Of a stretch of DNA of 64,000 nt, positions 11,132 through 22,603 are shown one piece after another (within the stretch, counting starts at the first letter, position 1; every line of letters begins with the position of its first letter). The DNA is from Leucoraja ocellata. Taxonomy: Eukaryota. The notes beneath the pieces were generated by a model that did not search any database, was not told where the DNA came from, and saw only the letters and a program-made list of their open reading frames with translations. Both the position numbers and the translations under genes were made by a program. The stretch covers positions 372,001 to 436,000 of the forward strand of contig JAWMAR010000916.1 in assembly GCA_036785375.1 (NCBI GenBank). The letters run 5' to 3'.

Positions 11132-13140
11132 AATTAAAAAAGGCAATTACCAGAATCAAATTTTATTCTTGACAAGAAGTTTGAACTGTCAGATTTATGA
11201 ATCTGACCCACACAAACTGTTGCCCCGCAACATTGATTACAGTGCGAGTCGGGTCGGGTTAGGTAGGCTCAGGTTGCTAAAATGGGCGTGGAAAAATGCC
11301 CATGATCCCCTCCATAGCGTACTACACGTCAGTCCATTGCATTTAGCAGGAGTAGCCTATCTTGCTTCGCTATAAGATCTTTGCTTCTGGCCGTCAAGAT
11401 GAGAGAGAGCGATGTGCAAAACCTGGGAGACCGCATCGTCCGTGGATCTGTTCGGACGGTATGCGAACTGCAATGGGTCCATGAGTACAGGTCCAGTGCC
11501 GTCAAAGATTCCTCTGAGACGATCTGTTAACGGTCACTGTTAAGCGCTTGTTAAATGTCACTATTATCACCATATTAACACAATGTGAGGGAGAGAGAGA
11601 CGAGGGCGGGCTGTTGCCTTTTGACCTCACATTAGAGAATCCAATGCTCACACCATCTTTGCGTTGGGGTGGGTCCTGATCGCTTGGGGCGAGCACAAAT
11701 CGAAAGGTTTCAAGAAGGAGTGAACCCTGTGAGGTGAGGCCTGCCAGCCTGCGTCTCACAAATACAGGCAACGCAGCCCCTCCAAGGGAAGCACAGCCAC
11801 TGAGCCATTGTAATGACACAGAGAAACAAAGCGAACAAACAAAAAGGTGTGAACGGCTCCGTCTCATCTCCTTCAGTTGCAAATTTTGGCAAACACAACA
11901 CCCCCACCATGGCTTTTAGCATTCCTTGCAACTGGGATGGTTTTCTCTCGCCCCGTAGGAACAGGGATTGTTTCATTTGCTTGTGTGCATGTATAAAATT
12001 GACATCTTTGCACTATTAGAGTGTAAGAAGTGAGCATGTAAAGCCTCCTTACATTCCTTGTTCGTTTTACTAGCCGGCTTAGCTGGCTGCAGCAATGCCC
12101 TTAGGGTGTGATAACCCTTGCTTCCTATGGAACAATGCTCTTTGCTTCTCTCCTGTAGTGATATCATTTGAAGTGAACCAAGCCTCTAAGACTTTGGTCC
12201 ATTCCTCAAAGTATAACCAGATTCTAACTGGGGCACATTCCCTACTATTAGATTAGCCACGGTTACACTGTTGCTACTCAGGCACACAACGTGCCGTCCT
12301 CTGGCACAATGTTCTCTGCAATTCCTTTTAGGCTGTGGGCCGAGGAGCTTTATTCTGCAGTTTTGTGACCCAAGTCACCAAACTACATGAAATTTTCACA
12401 TATTGTGTAAAAAAAATTATATAAATCACCCCTGAAACTCGATATGAAGAAGACTTGCACATTTTTATTAAATTAGAGAAAATACGGAAAATTTTCGGGT
12501 ATTTTTTAGTCCAATCAAAGCACGTTTAACATTGAGTTGTCTGCCAGTTGGCCAATCACGCGCTTTGTTTCAGGCTAGCACACAAAATGGCTGAGGGGGC
12601 TTCACAGATGCCTGTTTTACTGGAGATTCCGATTTGTTGTTCTGTGGAAACTTGCAGCAGGTAATTGTATTTAGTGGGAAAATCATTAAAAAGGCTGAAG
12701 AAAGTGCTGCTAAGTTGATGGAAGTGTTGAAAGTGATGGAAGTCTTGAAAGCAAAGTCCCTGTTGAGGTCCTGGAACACAATGATTAAGAGCCAGGAACC
12801 AACTCTAACTAAAAGGTAAGATCTAAAGTCTGAATTTATGAAAATCTATCTGTATGGAGTTTAATTCATTTAATTGCACCCTTTTATAATGTGAATAAAT
12901 TCTTTCATTCACTTACTTCATTCATGAAGTTGAGGGCCTAAACTGTATGTGTCCATAACAGTCAATTTTACTTCGGAGTCACGTGAGTGACTACGTGAAG
13001 AAGCCCGCTAGGATGCATCCGTGTCATTGCGCTACACGCATTGCGAAACGTCAGACGCGGTTGCCCCGCGTCGGCAATTTAAAAAGCCGCTATTGCAGGT
13101 AAGGTTCTTACTCTGCGGTCTTTTTGCCCACTACAGAGAG

Positions 13141-13909
13141 AATGGAGAAAGGTAAAAAGACAACGAGGGCTGCGACGAAGCTGGTCAGGGAGGACCGCGA
13201 AGGAGCGGACAGCCAGCAAAAGCAGCCGTCGGCACTAAGATCACCCGTAGTGGGATCAGCTGTGCCCTGTGTAGCCGCCGCATCGGCCAAATCAACGTGG
13301 CCGAGCGGCAAGGCAAAACACAAAACAAACAGAGTCGTGGACTCGGAGGAGTCCGACTCTGATACACCACGGGAGGCCAGCGACCGAGAGTGTTGGACCC
13401 GTATGGAACGGTGTTTGGAGCATCTGTTCCAGCGTGACCGGCTCCGCGATTTGGAGTCAGGCCACTGTGGGCCCTATATCAAACCCAAAGCAGCACCTTT
13501 CCAAGGGCTGCATGATGTCTCCACCTTATCAGAGGGGAGCACCTCAAGTCAGTTCTGGGCTGACTTGGAAGAGGGGTCCGCGGAAGAAACAAGTGTGTAT
13601 GGGGTGCAGGACAAAGAAAAATTGCTGGATATGGTGGCAAACTTCATACAGCCAGAACAAACTGGGGCAAACCTGGAGCCAAAGCTTGCTGCCAGCATTG
13701 ACTATATGTCACTGCACCAGCTACAAGAACAGGCTGTAGTGGATACGACTCCATCCATTCTCCTGTTCGGAGGCAACTTGTCTAAGCAGGTAAAGGAGCT
13801 AGACGAAGAAGCAAAAATCTTTAGGATTAATAAAAGGAATAACCCACCCTGCAAAAACCCACCACAGCCTACGACTGCACCCTTACGCACCCACCAGCGG
13901 AACTGGTGA
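13141..13909 (+). pseudogene. DIRS gag-like ORF, internally deleted
   Basis: Occupies the gag position. LFGGNLSKQVKEL is shared with copy 2, but a segment present in copy 2 (~59760-60030) is missing. Confidence 0.65.
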
Positions 13910-14080
13910 GAGGTCGAGGGCACGGCACTCCAAACATGAGTCTTTTTTAGGCCATGGCCCAGGCCGGCCTTCCTGAAAAATGCGGGGAACCCCAACAACA
14001 CCAGCAACCAACCCGAAAAACCAAGCACCAGCACAGCAACGGAAGAACTTCAGGAAGAAGTAGTCCTGCCACTGGTAACA

Positions 14081-15943
14081 ATGGAGGTAGGTGGGTCTGG
14101 TTCCCCAAATAATATGGGAAGCATGGAGGTTGGGGGAAGACTATACTGGTTCTTGAATGCATGGAGCATGCTAACAACCGATACTTACGTCTTAAGCAGT
14201 ATCCAGGGATATACCATAGAGTTTATACACGAAAACAGCCCTCCAGTCCAACATAAACCAAACCGAAAGTTTGTGCTCTCTGATAGGGAGAAAACAGAAG
14301 CACAAGCTGAACTGGAACGGCTTTACATAAAAGGTGTAATTGAGCTAACGCGACACGAACCATTAGAATTCATGTCCAATATATTTACCAAAACCAAAAA
14401 AGATGGTGGTTGTCGCATCATCATAGATCTGACAAAATTGAATACATTTGTACAATACATTCACTTTAAAATGGAAACCTTTGTTACTGCTAAACAACTA
14501 ATTTCCAAAGGGTACTTCATGGCTAGCATCGATTTAAAAGATGCTTACTATTCAGTACCCATACGAGGTGACCACAGATGTTACTTAAAATTCAATTGGA
14601 TGGGACAATATAAAGCACTGCCAAATGGGCTAACATCAGCCCCCAGGCCGTTCACAAAAATCTTGAAACCAGCCCTAGCGTTTCTACGGAAACGCAAACA
14701 CATGATTATGGCATATTTAGATGACATACTCATTGTGGGCATAACTTTGGAATTGGCCATACTAACTGTAACAGCCACAAAACAGTTGTTTGAACAACTG
14801 GGATTTATCATCCATCCAGTTAAATCTAAACTAACACCGTCCACTACTATGGACTACTTGGGATTTACCATTGATTCAGTTCACCTGACAGTGACACTAC
14901 CTAAGGAAAAGGCCAGAGAAATAATGGATGTATGCAGCAACCTCATTGACATCAGAAACCCATCCATCAGATTGGCAGCTAAAGTAATTGGTAAAATGGT
15001 GGCTGCTTTCCCAGCCATACAATTTGGATCCCTACATTACCAAAACTTACAGAGAGCCAAAATTCAAGCTCTAAAAATTAATGCAGGTCACTTTGACAGA
15101 TATATGAGACTACCAATCCAAGCCAAAACGGAATTAAAATGGTGGATAGATAACATCTGGCTTTGTTCCAACCCAATCATTGTCAGTAACCCTTCGATGG
15201 TACTACAAACTGATGCCAGTGCACTAGGGTGGGGAGCCACCAATACCATCACCAGCTGTGGAGGTAGATGGAAAGCGCAGGAGGCATCCTTCTTACTCAC
15301 ACTGGGTATAAACTACTTGGAAATGTTGGGTGCATATGGCCTTAAGTCATATTGTACTGGATCACACCACCAGCATGTTAGATTACAAATAGACAATACC
15401 ACTGTGGTAGCATACATCAACCACATGGGCGGCAACAAATCGATATCATGTGACAATCTCGCTAATTCAATTTGACAATGGTGCATCCACAGAAATATTT
15501 GGATATCAGCCACTTACCTACCAGGGAGACTAAATTTAGTGGCATACACCAGGTCACGCAAATTGAATGAAAACAACGAATGGATGTTAAACAAAACGGT
15601 GTTTTCTTATATTACATCAAAATATGGTACACCGGATATCGATCTTTTCGCATCCAGACTAAACAACCAGATAGCTAACTATGTTTCATGGGAACCAGAC
15701 CCTGGGGCAGAGGCCACAGATGCATTTTCGTTGCATTGGGGGAAATGGTTTATTTACGCATTCCCTCCCTTCTGCCTCATCAGTCGGGTATTAAGGAAAA
15801 TACAACAAGACTCTGCGTCTGGTATTTTGGTAGTACCCGATTGGCCTACTCAACCATGGTTCCCAGTGGTGCAAAACATGGTATTAGAACCATGTATTAC
15901 AATCCCACACAGACCAGATCTACTACTACATCCCGTGACATAA
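14081..15943 (+). pseudogene. DIRS RT-RNase H-methyltransferase-like ORF, broken by a stop at ~15473
   Basis: SIDLKDAY, YLDD, TDAS..GWG, QIDNTTVVAYINHMGG, then DLFASRLN and YAFPPF (MT-like). Confidence 0.9.
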
Positions 15944-15959
15944 AAGCTTGAACCTGTTA

Positions 15960-16808
15960 ATTTGTAGAGTTTAAAGACACCGCTTCTACAACTGGGACTC
16001 ACGGACCGAACAGCAAACATCATCTCGACGGCCCAAAGAGAATCAACCAAGAAACAATATCTGGTCTACATCAGAAAGTGGGAAACGTACTGCCATAAGA
16101 ACAAAATCACCAACAGAAATATCAACATCCCATCTGTTCTGGAATATCTGGCAGGCCTCCACTATAATGAGGGGCTCAGCTATAGTGCCATCAACAACGC
16201 CAGAAGTGCCCTGTCGACATACCTATGGCAAGGGACAGAGCGTTACACGGTAGGGACTCACCCTCTGGTAACCAAGCTCATGAGGGGAATATTTAACACA
16301 AACCCCCCAAAAACCAGGTACTCCCATATATGGGATGTAAGCATTGTCCTGAAAGCACTCAGGAACTGGTCACCAGCATCTACCCTGTCCCTATACAGCC
16401 TAACGTTAAAAACAGTCATGTTAATGGCACTGGTCACGCACGGCATAGAGGGTTCAGTCACTGCACAAACTCAGACTGGACAACATGACCTCCTCACCTG
16501 ACGCCCTAAGAGGCAATGAGAAGGGACTGCTGATCAGCCATAAGAAACCTCACAAAAAAGTGACGGTCCAGATGATCTAGAGATGGCTGAATCAGGTACT
16601 GACGCAGGCTGGGGTGGATACTAACGTGTTCAAATCTCATTCCACCAGGGCTGCAGCTACATCGGCAGCAGTACAACTGGATGTGCCCATGGACCAAGTC
16701 CTCGAAGCAGCAGGATGGTCAGGGGAAAGAACTTTCCAGTTATTTTATAATATGCCAGTGAAGAAAACTGGAACATTTGCAGAAATTTTTTTTAATTCTG
16801 TAAATTAA
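15960..16808 (+). pseudogene. DIRS tyrosine recombinase, disrupted
   Basis: SYSAINNARSAL, LKTVMLMALVT and FKSHSTRAAATS...AAGWS...TFQLFY, with a frameshift and an internal deletion. Confidence 0.85.
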
Positions 16809-17854
16809 TTTAAAAACCCATAAATGGGGTTATAATTTGTGTTAATAAATTTTATGATTTCAATAACGAATCATGTGCAATTATGTTAACACTATTCCTC
16901 CCACAGTCAAGGCAGACGTGTGCATGGACTCGTTTCCACGGCATGAAATCACCGAGCTTTGAAATCTTCACGTAGTCACTCACGTGACTCCGAAGTAAAA
17001 TAGTAAGATTAAACGAGAACTTACCAGTTTGAAGTTTGATCTGTATTTTATGAGGAGTTACGATGAGGGATTACGTGCCCTCCGCTCCCACCCTGATCAT
17101 ATACTTAACTGGTACCTCTTCTCTAATCTTACTATGTTTAGTCATTACAGTTATCTGTGAATTCACACCGCTGTTTTGAAGAATGACCCGCATGCGTCCT
17201 AGCGGGCTTCTTCACGTAATCCCTCATCGTAACTCCTCATAAAATACAGATCAAACTTCAAACTGGTAAGTTCTCGTTTAATCTTACTATTAAACATTGT
17301 CACAAATGCCAGCCTGTTGTACAGTAATAAGTCTTTAACAGCTAATCTCGGAGCTGCCTGCGAAAACTTACCAGGAAAAAGTGCTCCGATCGCGGGACAT
17401 AGGTACTCGCGGTAAAGTGAAGCCGCAGTCTCAATTAATAAGCGGCCGATTCACGAACACGGAGCCGTGGATCATCTCCGCGGGCGGGTGTGGGAGGCTG
17501 TACATAGTGCCGCCTATAGCGGCCGTTATCGGACCCCGACAACGGGAAAAAACCGGAATGGAATTCCACTGCAATGGAAGCCTATAAATAGCGATCGATA
17601 TCCCTCCGTTTTTTTCCGGTTGTCGGGGTCTGATAACAAGTTTCAGGGGTGATTTATATAATTTTGTTTACACAATATGTGAAAATTTCATGTAGTTTGG
17701 TGACTTGGCTCACGAAATCCTTTTTCTAGACACATTTTTGATGCTCGGCCCACAACCTATTTCCAAAAATCACTGAGCAGTTATCCAGTAAATTTACTAC
17801 TAATAATCCTCTTATACCAATCGATTTATACTAATATACCATTGGTGGCGGTTC

Positions 17855-17994
17855 GGCCGTGGGCTGCACGGCACTGGACACTCACTCGACGTCGGTGGCG
17901 ATTACTGGACTTGGCCGTGGGCTGCACGGCACTGGACACTCACTCGACGTCGGTGGCGATTACTGGACTTGGCCGTGGGCTGCACGGCACTGGA
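17855..17994. repeat. 58-bp tandem repeat, 2.4 copies
   Basis: Unit GGCCGTGGGCTGCACGGCACTGGACACTCACTCGACGTCGGTGGCGATTACTGGACTT starts at 17855, 17913 and 17971. Confidence 0.95.
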
Positions 17995-19282
17995 AAGCGT
18001 TTAAATTAAGCAACCACCGTCATTGTTCTGCTTGCTGGGCTTCTAGTTTTTAGCTTCTAGCTGCGCTGCCCTGCTACAGCACTGCTTGTTGCCTGGCCAT
18101 TGTGCGTTACCGTTCCAACTTTTTGCCCGCCAAATACATACTTGTCTTTAACTATCTGTTTGATCTTGAGAAAAGCCTCAAAAAGATCGCAATTCTGTTC
18201 CTGCTAACGGAATTTACATCCTCGTCTCCAAATTGTTATGTATTGGTGCTGGAAACTGACTTAAATAAGACTCGGAACACACAGGTACTTAACAAGCTTC
18301 TTGTATTGAAATTGCCATCTTGAGTCTCTCTGCACATGCGTACAATTGCACAAGACATTCCAATATGCTAATCATATTCTCATACACAAGATTTCCCCAT
18401 CATAAATCCATGCTGACATCTCCACTGGGCACAGGAACACAGGTTCCGTAGCCCGACCAGGGATTGCATTTCTTCCCCTCTCCTTTCCTTAGCCTAGCTT
18501 TCCAATTAAGTCCTGAAGACTTCTTGCAAACACGTGAGAGGCTTCTCAGAGCAACTTTGAAAAGTTGCTCACCTGGCCTTGCCTTTCCCCTTCACCAGCC
18601 AGCCAGCCATCCAGCTGCTTGCTGCCTCTCCTCCTCAGCCTTAAACCTGGCTCGTGAGACATCCTTAAAGGCCTTGTCATTACCTCTGGTGCCACCCACG
18701 CACCCTCCGACCCATCCAGGCACACTAGCGACAGACAGCCAGACAGACAGACAGACAGACAGACACAGGCCTTGCCAATACACAGCCGACAGCGCAGTGC
18801 GCCGGCCGCCCTCCAGACTACGCTCCCAGAACGTGCGGTCAGGGCTTCTGTCGGGGGGACGGGTCCGCCACATTGACCAAACCATGGCTGGCCCTCTGGC
18901 TGCTCAATGGTGCTAAATTCACCCCTGCCCCCGTCAGAGTCAGTGAGTCCTACCTTAGCGGTGTGGTACTCGCTGTGGTTGACGTGCAGCTCAGTCTCAT
19001 CTCTTCAGACCAACATCACCCAGATTGTGGCGACTTGATTGGCAGAGCCGACAATTGTGACTTTGAAGAATTTGCTGATGATTTTTTTCTCCTTCAGGAA
19101 GTTTGTGTTGAAATGCGTCCTCTTTTCCCTTGAAAGTATCCACTGGTGAAATAAAGGAAGGTTGACTTGAGCATTTGACTTGAGCAGTCCGTCAACACAG
19201 ACACGCACGCACGCAGACGCAGAGTGAGAGAAGGCAGCAGGCAGACATGCAGCTTTTGAGCAAGCGTGAGGAGGAATTTTTG

Positions 19283-19297
19283 TCTTTTCTTTTGAAC
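19283..19297 (-). promoter_or_regulatory. Candidate snRNA 3' box
   Basis: GTTCAAAAGAAAAGA about 23 nt downstream of U2. It resembles the GTTTN0-3AAARNNAGA consensus. Confidence 0.45.
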
Positions 19298-19319
19298 TTT
19301 GAAAATCTCCCAAAAGGGA

Positions 19320-19469
19320 TGTGCACCGTTCCCAGAGGCACTGCAATACTGGGTCGATGCGTGGAGTGGACGGAGCAAGCCCCTATTCCATCTCCCTGTT
19401 CCAAAAATCAATTTAATATATGGTCCCTAGATAAGGGACGTATCAGATATTAAACTGATAAGAACAGAT
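19320..19469 (-). ncRNA. RNU2: U2 snRNA gene, 5'-truncated (nt ~38 to 3' end) by a retro-insertion
   Basis: The minus strand reads ATCTGTTCTTATCAGTTTAATATCTGATACG...GATTTTTGG (Sm site)...CTCCACGCATCGAC...GTATTGCAGT...GAACGGTGCAC. The first 37 nt are absent. Confidence 0.95.
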
Positions 19470-19981
19470 TTTTTTTCTTTTTTCTTTTTTCCCATTTTCT
19501 CCACAAATTTATTGTTTCACAAAGAGCAAGCCAAACATTTATCCCCGGCGGTTTGAAACGAGGCCTTCGACCCGATCTGAGACGACACTCTTAAATCAAA
19601 CAACCCCTTCCCTGCTGTTCCCCGAAGAGCCTCCATTTTTCTGGAGCGTCACCTTAATGGTCCCCCCCCTCACCTACGATGCGGCCACCTGGGTGAGGGG
19701 TTCCTCCAGGTACTGGACTAAAGCCTCGGCCTTAGCCTGCAACATGCCGAATCCCACGGTCTCACGGGCGTACATACACAGCAGCAGGTTGGCCATCCTC
19801 GTGTTGGCCACTTGGCCCTCCATGCAGTCCATGAGGATGAACCAGAGCGGGTCCTCGTTGAAGGCCATGTGCCCGTTCTTGGCGTACGCTGCCCAGATGT
19901 TGCTGGCGATGGCGGCCGTTACCCGAGCGTCAGTGTTGCTGTAACCAGCGTAGGCCAGCAACGAACCCTCATTGTTCAACA
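19470..19981 (-). pseudogene. LAMTOR2: LAMTOR2 (p14/ROBLD3) processed retrocopy, 5'-truncated
   Basis: Intronless [13 protein letters not shown]...[16 protein letters not shown]...FILMDCMEG...[16 protein letters not shown]...[16 protein letters not shown] (19981-19674). It is followed by a 3' UTR, AATAAA at 19513-19508 and an A-tract at 19490-19470. Confidence 0.93.
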
Positions 19982-20905
19982 TCTTCCTTCTAAACTCCAC
20001 AGAGTACAGGCCCAGTGGAGGAGTAGGCCATTCGGCCCTTCGAGCCAGCACCGCCATTCAATATGATCATGGCTGATATTCCATAATCAGTACCCCAATC
20101 CGGCTTTTTCCCCATATCCCTTGATTCCCTCAGCCCAAAGAACTAAATCTAACTCACTTGAAAACATCCAGTGAATTGGCCTCCACTGCCTGCTGTGGCA
20201 GAGAATTCCACTGATTCACAACTCTCTGGGTGAAAAAGTTTTTCCTCATCTCAGTCCTAACAGGCCAATCACTTATTCTTATACTGTGACCCCTGGTTCT
20301 GGACGCCCCCAACACAGGGAATAGTGCTGCATCTAGCCTGTCCAAACCTTTAAGAATTTTATATGTTTCTATATGATATCCTCTCATCCTTCTAAATTCC
20401 AGCGAATACAAGCCCATAGACCCATTCTTTCATCATATGTCAGTCCCGCCATCCCGGGAATTAACCTGGTGAACCTACACTGCACTCCCTCATTAGCAAT
20501 AATATCCTTCCTCAAATTAGGAGACAAAATTGCACACGATACTCCAGGTGCGGTCTCACCAGGGCCCTATACAACTGCAGTAGGACCTCCTTGCTCCTAA
20601 ACTCAGATCCTCTCGCAATGAAGCTTTCTTCACTGCCTGCTGTATCTGCATGCTTACTTTCAGTGACTAATGTACAAGCACACGCAGGTCTCGTTGCACC
20701 TCCCCTTCTAAACTTGACAACATTCAGGTAATAATCTGCCATCCTGTTCTTCCACCAAAGTGGATAACCTCACATTTATCCACATTATATTGCATCTGGC
20801 CATTCACCCAACCTATCCCAAATCACCCTGCAGCCACATAGCATCCTCCTTGCAGCTCACACTGTCACCCAGCTTTGGGTCATCCGCAAACTTGGAGATT
20901 GCATT
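19982..20905 (-). mobile_element. CR1-type LINE fragments
   Basis: [21 protein letters not shown] and RPHLEY motifs, plus the CR1 3' tail. Confidence 0.85.
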
Positions 20906-21439
20906 TAACTCCCTCGTCTGCTGCCCTTATCTCTACTCCAGCTCCCCACGGGCCTCCACCAGCAACTCCGCCGACCCCCGCCTCTCCACCGGCCACCAGT
21001 GGGTTAGAACCGTCACCTCACCAGAGTTCCAGCACCAGGCCCACAACCTCCACCATGCAGACAGCACGTGGTCTGACTCTGCTGGGGCCTAGTGCTCTCC
21101 CCACACCTCCCCTTACAGGGAAAACCCATCAGTGGTGATGACTCTGCTGGGTCCTAGTGCCCCCCCCCCCCCCCTACAGGGAAGACCCATACAGGAAATT
21201 CCCAGCCCCTCTCCTTCAGCTCCCGGGCCCCCTTTTGGACTCCGGGCCCGGGTATGATGTACCCCCAGCACCCCCCGCTCATAGGCCCTGTGTATACGTA
21301 CACGCATATGTGAACAAAACACTGTGTGTGGTATGTATCTTTGTTAGGTTCCTAAAAATGAGCTCAACAAATTTATGTTATTTACAACCCCTTCATGACC
21401 ACCGGAAAAACCCCAAACGACCCCCATGTGGGTCACGAC

Positions 21440-22440
21440 TCCCAGGTTAAGACCCTTGCAAACCTCCAGACTCTCTTTGCAAATCCACACTCTGCAAAGA
21501 GGTGGGCAACCGTCTCCTCTCCATAGCAGCCGTCCCGATGGCAGCGTGCGCTGGTAGTGAGGATCCGACGGTGCAGGAAGGATCTGACTGAGAGGGCTCC
21601 CCTCACCGCCAGCCAAGCCAGGTCTTGGTGCTTGTTGGTGAGTTCTGGCGATGAATCATTTTGCCAGACAAGCTGGGCAGTCTGCTCTGGGAACCACGCC
21701 ACCGGATCCATGGTGTCATTTCCCTGCAGTGCCTGCAGGACATTCCGTGCTGACCACTTGTGGTCAAAGGTGTTGGTCCGGAAGAACCTTTCCACAGACG
21801 ACAGATGGGGCGGCAATGTCCAGCTGACTGGCACATTGCGTGGCATCTGCGCCAGGCCCATCCTTCGCAACACCGGGGACAGGTAGAACCTCAGCAGGTA
21901 GTGACACTTAGTGCCCACGTGCCTTGGCTCTACACTCCGCCTGATGCAACCACACACAAAGGTGGCCATCAGGGTGAGGGCGACGTTGGGCACGCTTTTA
22001 CCCCCATTGTCTGGTGACTTGTACATTGTGGCTCGTCGCACCCGGTCCATCCTCGACCCCCAGATGAACTGGAAGACGGCCCGGGTGATCCCTGTGGCGT
22101 AGGAGGGAGGGACAGGCCACACCTGCGCCAAGTAATGCAGCCCCAAGAGCACCTCACACCTGATGACCACATTTTTCCCCATCATAGAGAAATGTGCTTC
22201 CACAGCTCCAGTTTTTTCCCCACCTTGGCTATCCGCTCCAGCCAATTCTTGTCACACGCCTCAACCCTCCCCCCGAGCCAGATCCCCAGCACCTTCAAGA
22301 AGTCAGGCTTGATGGTGAAAGGGAATGCAGATCAGTTGGGCCAGTTGCCAAAGAGCATGGCCTCGCTCTTCCTGCGGTTCACCCTGGCTCCGATGTATGT
22401 AAATAGTTGCCCACAAAGGACGCTGACGAAGTTACAAATT
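21440..22440 (-). mobile_element. Tx1-clade (Keno-like) ORF2 fragment
   Basis: GARVNRRKSEAM...GKNVVIRCEVL...RAVFQFIWGSRMDRVRR...GGKSVP...LAWLAVRGAL...C..DGC..EETVAHLFAEC. Confidence 0.75.
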
Positions 22441-22603
22441 CCCCCTGCGTCAGATGCCCCTTTGTTCTTCCCCCTCCCCCTCATGGCGGTCCCCCCATGC
22501 CAAGTCATCCTTTGTTCATTTCCCTTCCCTTTCCAGCTGAACCATGTTGCCACCCTTCTTCAGACCCAAACCAACCCAAAATATTAGGTGTCCATTCCCT
22601 CCA

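Larger units (their letters stand above)
4392..11383. mobile_element. Non-autonomous DNA transposon with 8-bp TSD (P-element-like CAAAG termini; hAT not excluded)
   Basis: 25-bp TIR CAAAGATCTTATAGCGAAGCAAGAT and its reverse complement. TSD CTTCTGGC at 4384-4391 and 11384-11391. Confidence 0.85.
3430..11550 (-). mobile_element. Rex1/Babar-type LINE fragment split by nested insertions (pieces at ~3430-4391 and 11384-~11550)
   Basis: The RT reading frame [17 protein letters not shown]...SHLDG|[20 protein letters not shown]...[12 protein letters not shown] joins across the 4392-11383 insertion. Confidence 0.8.
12965..17291 (+). mobile_element. DIRS1-type tyrosine-recombinase retrotransposon, copy 1
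   Basis: Inverted terminal repeats. The ICR at 16965-17077 is complementary to both ends. ATT trinucleotide at both ends. Domain order gag, RT/RNase H, MT, YR. Confidence 0.95.
12329..17759. mobile_element. Non-autonomous DNA transposon, Academ-like (TAG...CTA, 3-bp TSD), interrupted by DIRS
   Basis: Termini TAGGCTGTGGGCCGAG / CTCGGCCCACAACCTA, plus subterminal inverted homology (12370-12440 vs 17640-17710). TTT flanks both ends. An alternative reading is a TA TSD with GG termini. Confidence 0.7.

Noticed and set aside
15539-15943. Bacterial-type adenine methyltransferase suggesting horizontal transfer
   Set aside because: It is the known MT-like domain of DIRS1 elements.
17855-17994. CRISPR-like regular repeat
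   Set aside because: Whole units are identical with no unique spacers, and the context is eukaryotic.
19674-19981. Functional LAMTOR2 gene
   Set aside because: Lacks the first ~24 codons and introns, and has a genomic poly(A), so it is a retrocopy.
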